This document shows, piece after piece, positions 28,650-38,899 of a stretch of DNA of 64,000 bases (the first letter of the stretch is position 1; each line of letters begins with the position of its first letter). The DNA is from a virus (taxonomy: Duplodnaviria > Caudoviricetes), in IMG/VR virus record IMGVR_UViG_3300021255_000083, positions 144,729 to 208,728 of that record. One strand, written 5' to 3'. The notes under the pieces are model-generated. The model had not been told where the DNA came from, ran no database searches, and saw only the letters and a list, made by a program, of their open reading frames with translations. Made by a program: the position numbers and the translations under genes.

Positions 28650-28668
28650 ATAGTTTACTCCTTCCTTT

Positions 28669-29046
28669 CTATTCTATGTCAAGTAAGACTTTTGCTATAC
28701 TATAATCATTATATAATCCTACAACTTTTCCTATACTTCTAACATCAAAAATTCTTGTATCATCATTAGCATATCTTATAGCTTTTGCCTTACCTGCCAC
28801 GTCACTTGTAGTTAATTTATCACCAACACAAATAAGTCCTGTGACATTAACATCTACCATACCACCATTTATTACTTCTATTGTTTTATCAGATATTGAC
28901 TTACATATACCTAATACTAATTTATCTTGCTTTTTATAATGTTTTGTACAACTTCTAGTTACTAGAGATGTTTCTGGGATTATTGAAACTAAGTCACCCA
29001 CACTAAATGGCTCATTTTCATTATATTTATTATAAGTTTTAGTCAT
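28669..29046 (-). CDS. Small beta-rich virion protein, paralog of 35927..36464
   Basis: VGDLV...G.V.VNV.G.I..GD.LT.S...GKAKAI...RSIGKV...AKVLLDIE shared with the paralog. Confidence 0.7.
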   Translation of the reverse strand: MTKTYNKYNENEPFSVGDLVSIIPETSLVTRSCTKHYKKQDKLVLGICKSISDKTIEVINGGMVDVNVTGLICVGDKLTTSDVAGKAKAIRYANDDTRIFDVRSIGKVVGLYNDYSIAKVLLDIE

Positions 29047-29064
29047 TGATAAATCACCTCTACT

Positions 29065-29343
29065 TTATATACAGCTATTAAGGTCATAAATATGTAATAT
29101 AGTTTCATTAAATATTGCTTCTATATTTTTTCCATATCGATATATAGGACACTTTATATTACTTGAATATCCCATAAATTCAAATCCTAAATCTGTTAAG
29201 TCTGCTTCTGTTAATTGTCCTAATGATGTATATTCTAGGTCTTGAGTATTTACAAGTTTAAATTTTATATTAGTTGCATCCTCTAATTGTTTAACAACAA
29301 CAGCAATATCAAATACAACATCTGCATTTTTTCTTTCTTCAGC
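29065..29343 (-). CDS. Hypothetical protein
   Basis: ORF track; likely start MAEERK. Confidence 0.6.
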   Translation of the reverse strand, partial: AEERKNADVVFDIAVVVKQLEDATNIKFKLVNTQDLEYTSLGQLTEADLTDLGFEFMGYSSNIKCPIYRYGKNIEAIFNETILHIYDLNSCI

Positions 29344-29393
29344 CATTAATGCTACCCCCTCTATTATTATTTTACTCATAAATTTTAATATGA

Positions 29394-29912
29394 TTAATCT
29401 AAAATATTATCTATCAAAGTCCTAATCGCATCATATTCTTCATCAGTAATTGTTTTAGCAGTTCCATCTATACCTAAAATAGTTTCTCCCTCAACAATCT
29501 TATCTGGTGTTAAACCAATACAAGCAGCTAAATCACTATATGACATTTTGAAATTTATATTACTATTATTGTTAAGTACTATTTTAAAATCTAATGTATA
29601 ACTACCAGTAGCTTGTTTATTAGTATCATTTAAAGTGAGTGAATTTAATTCAGCTTGTATAGAATTATATTGAGGTAGCGTACCAATTATTCTATTATTA
29701 TCATTATACGCTACTTTACCTTGTAATATATCCGATGCCGTAGCTGTGGCATCAGATTGGTCAGATGCTATTTCCAAATTATTTATCATATTAGCATACT
29801 CACGAAATGAACTATCTTCAGTCACACTAACACCTTTATTTATTATTGCTTGTTTAATTAATGATTTTGTTGTAGTTAGATAATCTAACTTTGTATCCAT
29901 TTTTGATGCCAT
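29394..29912 (-). CDS. Tail-fibre-associated protein with SDATATA.DI..GK.AY motif
   Basis: Shares N-terminal LxxTKxxIKQAIxNKG and DATAT motifs with paralogs. Confidence 0.7.
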   Translation of the reverse strand: MASKMDTKLDYLTTTKSLIKQAIINKGVSVTEDSSFREYANMINNLEIASDQSDATATASDILQGKVAYNDNNRIIGTLPQYNSIQAELNSLTLNDTNKQATGSYTLDFKIVLNNNSNINFKMSYSDLAACIGLTPDKIVEGETILGIDGTAKTITDEEYDAIRTLIDNILD

Positions 29913-29993
29913 TATATATTACTCCTTTTACATTATTTTACCTATTAATATTTTACAAAAATAAAAAAGAGGCTTATATGCCTCTTTGAATGT

Positions 29994-30317
29994 TTATTCT
30001 CCAACATTATCTCCTATAATCTCACTTGCTATTTCTTGAGCTTCTGTAATAGTTCCACCAACTTCAGGTATTTCACTTTCTGTCACACTAAATGTACCTG
30101 TTACTTTAACACCATTAATGTAAGCTGTCTTTCCTTCCATTATATCATTTGCAGTTGCTGTTGCATCTGAGGTATTTGTCAGTGTACCAATAAGTGTAGC
30201 ATAATCTCTAAAAGTTGCATTAGCTGGTACTGTTACACCTTTATTTACTAATGCTTGCTTTATTGCATTTTTTGTTGCAATAAGATAATTTAATTTATCT
30301 GCTGTTGTATTAGCCAT
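29994..30317 (-). CDS. Tail-fibre-associated protein with DATAT motif
   Basis: NAIKQALVNKGV...TSDATATANDIMEGKTAYING. Confidence 0.7.
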   Translation of the reverse strand: MANTTADKLNYLIATKNAIKQALVNKGVTVPANATFRDYATLIGTLTNTSDATATANDIMEGKTAYINGVKVTGTFSVTESEIPEVGGTITEAQEIASEIIGDNVGE

Positions 30318-30320
30318 ATG

Positions 30321-30665
30321 CTACACCACCTCTCCATTTATACTATCTAATATTGTATTTATATTTCCAATTTTTGTATCAACATAATCTATTGTCGCTC
30401 CAGTTATATTTACCCATACTACTGCATTATTCTCCATTTTAGCTTTAAATAAAGTATCTGTAGATGTTTCATAATATAATTTTGAAATTACAGGTGTAGA
30501 TATATTAGTTTTATCTGCCACTATTACAATATCAGATACTTTATTTCTATTATTACCAACATCTAAATATACTTCAGCTGTATCTTTTGTATATATTAAT
30601 TGTCCATCTACTTTTGGTACACTAGCTAAATTGCTTGAATTACATCTACTAAATTTAACTTTCAT
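30321..30665 (-). CDS. Small tail-fibre-related protein
   Basis: DGQLIYTKDT.EVYLD motif typical of fibre N-termini. Confidence 0.55.
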   Translation of the reverse strand: MKVKFSRCNSSNLASVPKVDGQLIYTKDTAEVYLDVGNNRNKVSDIVIVADKTNISTPVISKLYYETSTDTLFKAKMENNAVVWVNITGATIDYVDTKIGNINTILDSINGEVV

Positions 30666-31332
30666 TTTTATTATTTCTCCTCTCTTCTAATATTTGTTTT
30701 GCTTCTATATCCCATATTTCTCTATCTCTAGCAAGACAAGCAGCTAATTTTGTATAATAAGGTTGTCTATAAGCTTGTTCTATAGATTTACATCCTATTT
30801 CATCTAAATATCCTTTAAACCACATAGTATTCCTTCTTAAATTAACTCCATTCTGCAATATAGAAACATTATCTTTATGTTGTACTAAAGCCGGTCTATG
30901 AACTACGTGATTTATTTTCATATTTTGTAATACCCTATTTGTTAATGATGCCCAAGATTTATGAGCATTAGGATTATATATTTTTGATATTCCATCAGCT
31001 AATACTTTAGCAATTCCTTTAGGATAATAAGTACATTGATTATAATCAAATCTATCTGTATAATGTGTTGTAAAGTATAATTCTGGTTTAGTAAAGAAAT
31101 TTATTATATCATTTGGATATTGTACAATAACTTTTTCTATTTCTTCTTTAAAATTATCACATAATATAAGGTCATCTTCTAGTAATACTGCATTACTAGA
31201 AGAAATCTTATATAAAGCTTCAATAAAAGCTTTTACAGGCTTATTTATAGCATCTGTAATTGTTTCATATTCTAAATCATAATTAAATTTTCTTTCTCCA
31301 GTTGTTCTAACAAAATATTTTATTTCCATCAT
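30655..31332 (-). CDS. Putative GT-A-fold glycosyltransferase
   Basis: VLLEDDLIL acidic motif, PALVQH. Confidence 0.6.
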   Translation of the reverse strand: MMEIKYFVRTTGERKFNYDLEYETITDAINKPVKAFIEALYKISSSNAVLLEDDLILCDNFKEEIEKVIVQYPNDIINFFTKPELYFTTHYTDRFDYNQCTYYPKGIAKVLADGISKIYNPNAHKSWASLTNRVLQNMKINHVVHRPALVQHKDNVSILQNGVNLRRNTMWFKGYLDEIGCKSIEQAYRQPYYTKLAACLARDREIWDIEAKQILEERRNNKNES

Positions 31333-31350
31333 CTACCTCCAATATGCTTA

Positions 31351-32688
31351 TTAACAAGCTTTTACTATTCTTATATACGTACTAGGTATATTAAAAGTTA
31401 ACACTTCACCTATATCACAACCAGTATATGTTAATAATTTAACTGTATTATCATTTATTAAAGGTATTACAGGAGCATTACTTGGATATGTAAATGTTAA
31501 ATCTGTTGAACTATATCCCCCTAAATATGATAATAAACTTGTAAAACCACTAATATCAAAATTTATTTGTTTTGGATAACTACCTGATACTAATTCTATA
31601 AAATCACTTGATTGTAGTGTATTAGTATCTGTTGCAGGGTCCCAACTATATATTTTTAAATATGTTGTAGTACCATTCATTACCAAACCTATACCACTAT
31701 TGTTATATGGTTGACCTAAATTTACACAATCCATTAATTTTACTGTAAACAAATCTTCCCCCTCACTATCATAAGCTAATTCTTGAGCTCGGGTTTCATA
31801 ATCTGTAGCGTTAAGTAAAGCCTCTTGTAATGCTATCAGATTTATATGAATTTCATCTCCGGGTTCCAAATATACTATACTAGAACTTGAATAAGTACCA
31901 GTAACTCCTAATATTTCTTTTCCCTCTCTTATCATATCTGAAGTTATATTTAATTCATTTACAATATCCGAATATTGAACAACTGCTTGTAAAGGAGTTT
32001 TATCATTTACTACTACATTTGGTTTAAGAGAATTAAAAGGTACGTATTCCATATCAACTATTAATTCAGTACCACTATTATCACTCATAGATTTTGTCTC
32101 TAAAGTTACAGATTGAGAATGACCTCTTTTATCTATTATATTACCATTTAACTTTACACCATCTACATAAGCTGTAGTATTTTCAACAATATCATTAGCT
32201 GTTGCAGTTGCATCACTTGTGTCAGTTCCAGATGCATCAAGTGTTCCTACTATACCTAATATTGTTTCATCTTTTTTAATTTTATCTGCTGTTAAACCAA
32301 TATTTTCTGTAAATTGTGCATTATCTAGGTTTCCATATATTCGATTGAAATTTCCAATTACAATATCTGGAGTATCCTCACTTGTTTCATAACAAAGAAT
32401 TGTTTTATAATCATCGCCAGAAGAATATGATATTTCTCCATCTATATCTGTAACGCTTGATTGTTCTCTTGCATCAATTAAAGTACCCTCTATTTTAACA
32501 CCATTTACATATGCTGATGTATTTTCTACTAAGTCACCTTCAGTGGCTGTAGCATCGCTTGTATCTACTCCTTCTTCTAAAGTTCCTGTAACATCAAATA
32601 TTTGAATATCTTTTTTAATGTTTTCGGGTATTATTTTCTCTTCCTTTTCATCTAAAATATCTTGAGCTTTTTGTTTTAAAGTTGACAT
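31351..32688 (-). CDS. Tail-fibre/receptor-binding-associated protein with two DATAT repeats
   Basis: DTSDATAT...TAYV.G.K..G twice; ADKIKK.ETILG..GT motifs. Confidence 0.7.
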   Translation of the reverse strand: MSTLKQKAQDILDEKEEKIIPENIKKDIQIFDVTGTLEEGVDTSDATATEGDLVENTSAYVNGVKIEGTLIDAREQSSVTDIDGEISYSSGDDYKTILCYETSEDTPDIVIGNFNRIYGNLDNAQFTENIGLTADKIKKDETILGIVGTLDASGTDTSDATATANDIVENTTAYVDGVKLNGNIIDKRGHSQSVTLETKSMSDNSGTELIVDMEYVPFNSLKPNVVVNDKTPLQAVVQYSDIVNELNITSDMIREGKEILGVTGTYSSSSIVYLEPGDEIHINLIALQEALLNATDYETRAQELAYDSEGEDLFTVKLMDCVNLGQPYNNSGIGLVMNGTTTYLKIYSWDPATDTNTLQSSDFIELVSGSYPKQINFDISGFTSLLSYLGGYSSTDLTFTYPSNAPVIPLINDNTVKLLTYTGCDIGEVLTFNIPSTYIRIVKAC

Positions 32689-32754
32689 TTAAAATTCTCC
32701 TTTCATTACATTTTATTTTTAGCTAAGGCTCTATATCTCAAGAGCCTTATTTAA

Positions 32755-35700
32755 TTAATTTCCTAGTATGTCATCTAAGATTTCTTCCACTTCAGCCTCT
32801 GTACCACCTAAACCATCATATGTATCTGATTGACCATCAACTTGATTTAGTATATTCATTGTATCTTGATATTCTTGTTCAGGTGTTGGAGATGGTGATA
32901 TACCACCAACCTGTTCTGGTATACCTACAAGTTGTAAGTTACCTGCATTAACATCGGATTTAAAGCTTTCATATGTATCTGTTTCTGTATCATCAGCTGT
33001 AAACGCAACCAATACCTTAGCCATTAACATTACTCCATCATTTCTTGTAAATGTTACATAATTTTGATTTGTGTAATGACCATTTACTGTATAACTTCCA
33101 CCTTGTTCATATGATTGTACTTGAACATTTAAATCATCGATTAAATTATTTATCTGAGTTTGCATACCATCTAATAGTGCTTTTAAATCAGTTTGATTTG
33201 CTAAACTACCTTTAATATGACCCCAAGCAGCATCTCCAGACTTATTAAACGAAATCACTTCTGCTGTCTCATTTGTGGTATCAATACTTTGTACTCTACC
33301 CCATACTCCGTGTATATCAGTAACAATATCATTTAATTCTAATCCTTGTTTTGTTACTGCTACTATTTTACTAAATGGCACTGTTTGTGTTGTACCAATT
33401 ATATCACTTAAACCATCTTGTTCATCGTCACCTATATAGATGAAATAATTAACATCAATATCTAAATTTGTTGCCAAATCTATTGTACCATCTTGTTGTC
33501 TTGTTGCAATTACGGTATTATCACTTGATATAATTCTGATACTTTCTGTCGTAGATGTTCCATTTACTGGACTTACATATGTCTTAGTTAGTTTAACCAA
33601 CTCATTATTTGCTATAGTATCGCTCACTAGTTCACCAATTACTTTATTATTAGTTGCTGAAGCAAATGTTTTTTCTGCTTTACTGTTAGCTAATGCTTCT
33701 ACATTATCTTCTAATGTTTGAGCTAATTGGTCAATACTATCGGCATTATCTCTTATTGCTTGTGTATTATTTGCTATTCTTACAGCATTATCTGCTATTC
33801 TTGTAGATAAATTAGTATCTGCCGTTGTTCTATTAGTTATTTCATTATCAAGAGCTGTTTCTAAATCATCAATATCTTGTTCAGCCCCAGCTAATCTTGT
33901 TTCGTGATTTGCTATTTGAGATGTGTGTGTTGCTAATGTTCTATCGTGATTTACATCGTGTTCTAGCAATGAAGCTATTGAACCATCGTGAGCATCTAAT
34001 CTACTCTCAGCATTTGTCAATCTATCATTTTGCTGTGTGTTAATTGTATCAATATCTGTACTGTCTATTATCAAATGGTCTGCATCAGCCATTCTAGTTT
34101 TAATTAAACCTGTTGTACCAAAATGTACATAATCATATGTAGTATTTTTACTTCGTGTATTCTTATTTGTTATTCTGATTGTAGGTTGGCTATCGTGTGT
34201 TGCAACATCTAATAATGTAACAATACTATCTGCAATATCTTTATCTATTTTTAAATCATCTTGTGCATCAACATATGCAGTTAAATCGGCTACTTCTGTA
34301 TCTATTCTATCGTTTAGAGTGCTTACCTCTGTTGTTATTCTTGTATCTAAAGTATTTACCTCTGTGTCTATTCTAGTGTTTAATGTTGATACTTCTGTAT
34401 CTATTCTATCATTAATACTATTTTCTTTAGTCGTTATGGTATTATTTAATGTTAGTACTTCGGCATCTATTCTATTATTTAACGTTGTTTGTGCATTAGT
34501 AAGTTTACTCTCAATATCTGTTTTATTATTAGCAACTACTTCTGTTAAATTATCTATCCTACCATCTAATCTATTTACTTGTGCATCTACCTTACTGTCT
34601 AAAGTATTTATAGTAGTATTTAATGTCGCTACCTCATTATCAATTCTTGTATTTAATGTACCTACTTCTGTTGTTATTCTTGTGTCTAATGTATCTACCT
34701 CATTATCAATTCTGTCATTTAAATCAGAAACCTCTGTATCAATTCTACCGTTTAAAGTATTTACTTCATTAGTTATTCTAGTATTTAATGTTAATACTTC
34801 ATTAGCTAATTCTTGTTCAGATACAACATCTATTTCTACTTCTTCCTCATCACTTGAACCATCTTCTAAAGATACTTTATCTTCAACTAATGTTATATGA
34901 CCTGTTTCAGAGTTATAATTAAATTGTATATCCCTTACAATTTTAGCTCCCTCACCTGCTACTAATTTATCAACTTTTTGGTCAAGCTTTTCTTTAATTG
35001 TTTCAGTTTTTTGAGCATTATCATCATAATTAATATTACTTGCATCAATTTGTATATTTTTACCTACTTGGTCTGTAGCCGCAATACCATTAACAGTATC
35101 AACTGTTCTTAAATCATCTACAGGTATAACTGTTTGAGCTCCTGTATTTGTTGTAGCATATACTACTTTATGTTCTGTAGATTTTGTTAATTTAGTATCA
35201 TTTCTTCTTTTTAACTCATCTACAGCTCCTTGTACTGTATCAGCATCTAATTCAGATGCTAAATTATTATAGAATATATCTTCAGCGTGTTTAGAAGCTA
35301 ATATAACCCAATGATTTGCATCAAAGTCTCTTTCTGCTTCAAAATCCTCTACAGCTCTATATAATCTATTTTGGTAAAAACATAAATGGTCTTTATAATA
35401 TTTTCTACCTGCTTCATAATCTGTTATTGTACAAGCTGCTCTTAAATTTAATAGTCTTACTCCAGTGGTATCTGATGACCAATATCCCTGTACCGAATTG
35501 TCCGATGATTTTATCAATACAATATCAGAAGTGTTTCTAGCTGTATCAATATCTTTTGATATTTTTGTTAATTTACCAATTGCACCATCTTCACCTATTA
35601 TATTTATATCTGATACTATATTATAATCTACATCTTCAAATACTCTAAGTGACATCTTTTTATCTAAAGCTTCTTGTAAAGCTTCATTATCAGAAACTTC

Positions 35701-35910
35701 TCCACTTAAATTTTCATATGTAATTAAATATACTAGTCCAAACTCTTCATATGGTAAGTCATTCCATTCTGTCTCACCATCACCCCTTTTAACTCTATGT
35801 GTATCATCTTCTACTGCATACTCACCTAGAGTTAATATTGGGTTATTCACAGCCCATTGGGTACTAGTATCGTGTCTCATAATAATTGTATAAAATTGTT
35901 TATCGTCCAC
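32755..35910 (-). CDS. Long tail fibre protein
   Basis: N-terminal RHDTSTQW..NNPIL..GE..VE.DT...K.GDG...WNDLPY (Mtd/hyaluronidase N-terminal-like); 11-residue LNTRIDTEVST coiled-coil repeats; likely GTG start after AGGAGG. Confidence 0.8.
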   Translation of the reverse strand: MDDKQFYTIIMRHDTSTQWAVNNPILTLGEYAVEDDTHRVKRGDGETEWNDLPYEEFGLVYLITYENLSGEVSDNEALQEALDKKMSLRVFEDVDYNIVSDINIIGEDGAIGKLTKISKDIDTARNTSDIVLIKSSDNSVQGYWSSDTTGVRLLNLRAACTITDYEAGRKYYKDHLCFYQNRLYRAVEDFEAERDFDANHWVILASKHAEDIFYNNLASELDADTVQGAVDELKRRNDTKLTKSTEHKVVYATTNTGAQTVIPVDDLRTVDTVNGIAATDQVGKNIQIDASNINYDDNAQKTETIKEKLDQKVDKLVAGEGAKIVRDIQFNYNSETGHITLVEDKVSLEDGSSDEEEVEIDVVSEQELANEVLTLNTRITNEVNTLNGRIDTEVSDLNDRIDNEVDTLDTRITTEVGTLNTRIDNEVATLNTTINTLDSKVDAQVNRLDGRIDNLTEVVANNKTDIESKLTNAQTTLNNRIDAEVLTLNNTITTKENSINDRIDTEVSTLNTRIDTEVNTLDTRITTEVSTLNDRIDTEVADLTAYVDAQDDLKIDKDIADSIVTLLDVATHDSQPTIRITNKNTRSKNTTYDYVHFGTTGLIKTRMADADHLIIDSTDIDTINTQQNDRLTNAESRLDAHDGSIASLLEHDVNHDRTLATHTSQIANHETRLAGAEQDIDDLETALDNEITNRTTADTNLSTRIADNAVRIANNTQAIRDNADSIDQLAQTLEDNVEALANSKAEKTFASATNNKVIGELVSDTIANNELVKLTKTYVSPVNGTSTTESIRIISSDNTVIATRQQDGTIDLATNLDIDVNYFIYIGDDEQDGLSDIIGTTQTVPFSKIVAVTKQGLELNDIVTDIHGVWGRVQSIDTTNETAEVISFNKSGDAAWGHIKGSLANQTDLKALLDGMQTQINNLIDDLNVQVQSYEQGGSYTVNGHYTNQNYVTFTRNDGVMLMAKVLVAFTADDTETDTYESFKSDVNAGNLQLVGIPEQVGGISPSPTPEQEYQDTMNILNQVDGQSDTYDGLGGTEAEVEEILDDILGN

Positions 35911-35926
35911 TTTACATTTCCTCCTT

Positions 35927-36464
35927 CTACTCAATATCTAGTAAGACCTTAGCTTGGTCTTTACTTATAAATTTTATCACTTTACCGATTGAACGGGATT
36001 TAAAATAATCGTTATCAATATAATCTATTGCTTTTGCCCTACCAGCGTGTTCACTAATTGTTAATCTATCTCCTAATTGTATAAATCCACATATATTAAC
36101 TGGAACTTCTCCTCCATATGCTATTTGTACAAGTTCTCTCATATTTTGTTCTGATGTACCACCTTCAATTATTATATATTCTGGTTTATCTTCAGAAGTA
36201 CCACAATCTATTTCTTCAAATTCACCAGTACTTGCTCTACCACCATCTATTACTATAGGTACTTTTGAATAATTATCTGAAAATGTTACAACTCCTAATA
36301 TAAGTCTTGCGTTTAGTATAAATTCACCGTGGGTCATTCGCAACAGCTTTTGTTACTGTATTTGTTGCTGGGTCTAACATTACTATATCTCCAACTTCTA
36401 TAATTTCATCTACGTCCAATTTATGATAAACAGCTAAATTTTTGCATACATCATCTCTAATCAT
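35927..36464 (-). CDS. Virion protein, 178 aa, needing a +1 shift at CGGT 36326-36329
   Basis: AAGGAGG-ATG at 36464, 45 codons, then CGG TGA; the +1 frame joins the track ORF; both halves align to paralog 28669..29046. Confidence 0.8.
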
Positions 36465-36477
36465 AATTTAGACCTCC

Positions 36478-36912
36478 TTAATTATATTCGTTCCAAGACA
36501 TCATATCATCTATATCTTCTTTAGAGTAACTATAATCCTTTTGTATTCCTAACATTTCCCATTTATATTCATTAGTATCTATATCCTTTATGTACATCCA
36601 TTCTTGATAACCATCATTTGGGTCTCTGCTAACTTTAACTAAATAAGCTCTATCTTTTATTATATTTTCAGTTGGCAATTCATCCACTATAAGTGGTTTA
36701 GTGTTTGCACCTGAACCTGAACCAGCATTTCCCATACTTTCGTGAACATCATCAACTCTTTGTTTTGCTTCACTCTCGGTATCATATTCCTCAGTTAGCT
36801 TAACACCATTAATCATATAAAAAATGACTATGTTTTTATCGTGTTTGCCTACAAAACAATCTTGTAACCAAAACAAATTCAACATAGCCCCAGATTTTAA
36901 CTGTATAAACAT
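36478..36912 (-). CDS. Hypothetical virion-associated protein
   Basis: ORF track; N-terminus similar to 38625..38813. Confidence 0.7.
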   Translation of the reverse strand: MFIQLKSGAMLNLFWLQDCFVGKHDKNIVIFYMINGVKLTEEYDTESEAKQRVDDVHESMGNAGSGSGANTKPLIVDELPTENIIKDRAYLVKVSRDPNDGYQEWMYIKDIDTNEYKWEMLGIQKDYSYSKEDIDDMMSWNEYN

Positions 36913-36999
36913 ACTTGTATCTCACCTCCATCTAACATCTCTGTAACCCAGAGCCCTTGAATTAGATTTTGTTTCCGCTTCTACTAACTCTATTAAATT

Positions 37000-37335
37000 T
37001 TAATTACCTCTACAGCTATAAGAAAATCTATAATATTTATAAGCTGTACGAGCATCTAATTTTCTAATGGATACACTGTCACTTACAAGAAACCTAACAG
37101 TATACTCATCTATCACACTACCTGAATATAAACACCAATGATGACGGCTGATTAAATATAAAGGAAATCCTAATCCAAATTTATCCCAATAATAACCTTC
37201 AACTAAATCTAATAATTCTTGAGCTGTCTTAACATTTTTTAATTCAGTATTTGCCTTATCAATAGCTATTTTAATATTATCTTCACTTAGTCCCTCTGTA
37301 TATAGAAGATTAATTGTAGCTTCTTGTAAATTCAT
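37000..37335 (-). CDS. Putative internal head protein
   Basis: MNLQEAT N-terminal motif. Confidence 0.65.
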   Translation of the reverse strand: MNLQEATINLLYTEGLSEDNIKIAIDKANTELKNVKTAQELLDLVEGYYWDKFGLGFPLYLISRHHWCLYSGSVIDEYTVRFLVSDSVSIRKLDARTAYKYYRFSYSCRGN

Positions 37336-37341
37336 AACATT

Positions 37342-37614
37342 TTACCCCCTAAGTAAATCTTCTTCCGCCTTTTTAAGCAACTTTTCAACTCTGTCATACT
37401 CATTCATAAGTTTATCCATAAAATCTTCCTCAGCATCGAAATAAATATCACTAAATGAATAACCACCTGCATCTGCTTCTCCATTTATTACATTTGCTAA
37501 ATTATCTAAATATCTTAAAGTATTTCTATATGCTACTATATATTGGTGTAATTCATTTGCAATAGCTTTATCTTCTTGTAATGCTTTAACAGTAGCTTCT
37601 TGTAAATTCATCAT
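37342..37614 (-). CDS. Putative internal head protein
   Basis: MNLQEATVKALQE motif. Confidence 0.7.
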   Translation of the reverse strand: MMNLQEATVKALQEDKAIANELHQYIVAYRNTLRYLDNLANVINGEADAGGYSFSDIYFDAEEDFMDKLMNEYDRVEKLLKKAEEDLLRG

Positions 37615-37650
37615 ATCATTATCTCCTCATTTTCTTAAAATAAATCATTA

Positions 37651-38013
37651 CTAGTTCCGAGGTATAACTGACCTATAATAATCTGCTTCTCCATTATTTG
37701 GTAATAAACTCTTCTCAATTTCCCTTATTGCTTTTTCAACCCTTACTTGCTCTGTTGAAAGAGCATCCAAGAATTCATCAAAAGCAGTATAGAAGTCATC
37801 ACTCTGTAGTTCACGTATTGCAACTTCATTTTTTGATGTTGAAAAATTAATTAAATTTTCCAAGTAATCATCATATTTTCTTAACGCCGATAAATCAGCT
37901 GGTCTAGGTACATCTTTTTTACCCTTTTTATCTGTAAAAGTATTATAATTTATTGTATCTGAATTATAACCCTTTTCTTGTAATGCCTTTATTGTAGCTT
38001 CTTGTAAATTCAT
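37651..38013 (-). CDS. Putative internal head protein; extends to 37635 if CGGA 37656-37659 is read as one codon
   Basis: MNLQEATIKALQE motif; penultimate sense codon is CGG. Confidence 0.7.
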   Translation of the reverse strand: MNLQEATIKALQEKGYNSDTINYNTFTDKKGKKDVPRPADLSALRKYDDYLENLINFSTSKNEVAIRELQSDDFYTAFDEFLDALSTEQVRVEKAIREIEKSLLPNNGEADYYRSVIPRN

Positions 38014-38083
38014 AATCTCATCTCCAATTTATATATAGTTATTTTGTATATCTTTTACTTTTTAATTAAGATTTACTTATATT

Positions 38084-38611
38084 TTATTTGTTTGCATTAA
38101 TAGCATTAACAAGCTGTAATACATCATCTTTAGATAGCCCACTAGCATTAATAAGTTTATTCAAAGCATCATCATAAGCTTTTTGTTTTTCTTTCATTTC
38201 TGCATCTCTAGTTTTCATATGTTCAACACTATCCTCAATACATTTTTTAACAAAACTCCAGTATTTTGCTGGATTTAATGTATCTGCATAATCATTACAT
38301 ATATTCAAATCATAATCAGTACCCATATCATCTTCATTTTCAAATACTGCAAAATCCATCTCTAGTGTACCCTCATTATCATCAACTGTTGTTTCTGGTC
38401 TTAACTCTATAAAATAATCTTTATACTTAAATATATCACTGTCATCACCACCTAATTGTATAATATCTGATGGATGGTTTTTTCTTAAATTTTTTAGAGC
38501 TTCTTCACTTTCTGGGTCATTTTCTACATATCTACCGTTTCTATAACCCTCATTTTTTAATTTTCCTGTCAATGCTAACACTGTAGCTTCTACTAATTTT
38601 TCATTTTTCAT
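38084..38611 (-). CDS. Putative internal head protein
   Basis: KLVEATVLALTGKL motif. Confidence 0.7.
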   Translation of the reverse strand: MKNEKLVEATVLALTGKLKNEGYRNGRYVENDPESEEALKNLRKNHPSDIIQLGGDDSDIFKYKDYFIELRPETTVDDNEGTLEMDFAVFENEDDMGTDYDLNICNDYADTLNPAKYWSFVKKCIEDSVEHMKTRDAEMKEKQKAYDDALNKLINASGLSKDDVLQLVNAINANK

Positions 38612-38624
38612 TTTTAGTTCCTCC

Positions 38625-38813
38625 TTAATTTAATAAATCATCTTGTAATTTTTCATATCTATCTTGGGCATCTTGTTCTGTTTCAAAATGTTCTCTAATA
38701 CCATCAAGACTTCCCTTTGCAGGTTTATATACTACATCAGTACCTTCAACCTCAATTATACCTATATGTGTTAAATTTATAGTTCTTCCATCATTTAGTT
38801 CTAAAAACATCAT
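38625..38813 (-). CDS. Small hypothetical protein
   Basis: AGGAGG SD; paralogous to the N-terminus of 36478..36912. Confidence 0.7.
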   Translation of the reverse strand: MMFLELNDGRTINLTHIGIIEVEGTDVVYKPAKGSLDGIREHFETEQDAQDRYEKLQDDLLN

Positions 38814-38899
38814 AGTATATTACCTCCTTATAATATCTATTAATATTTTACTACAATACAAAATAAAAAAGAGGTAGCTTTTTATACTACCTCTCTGTT

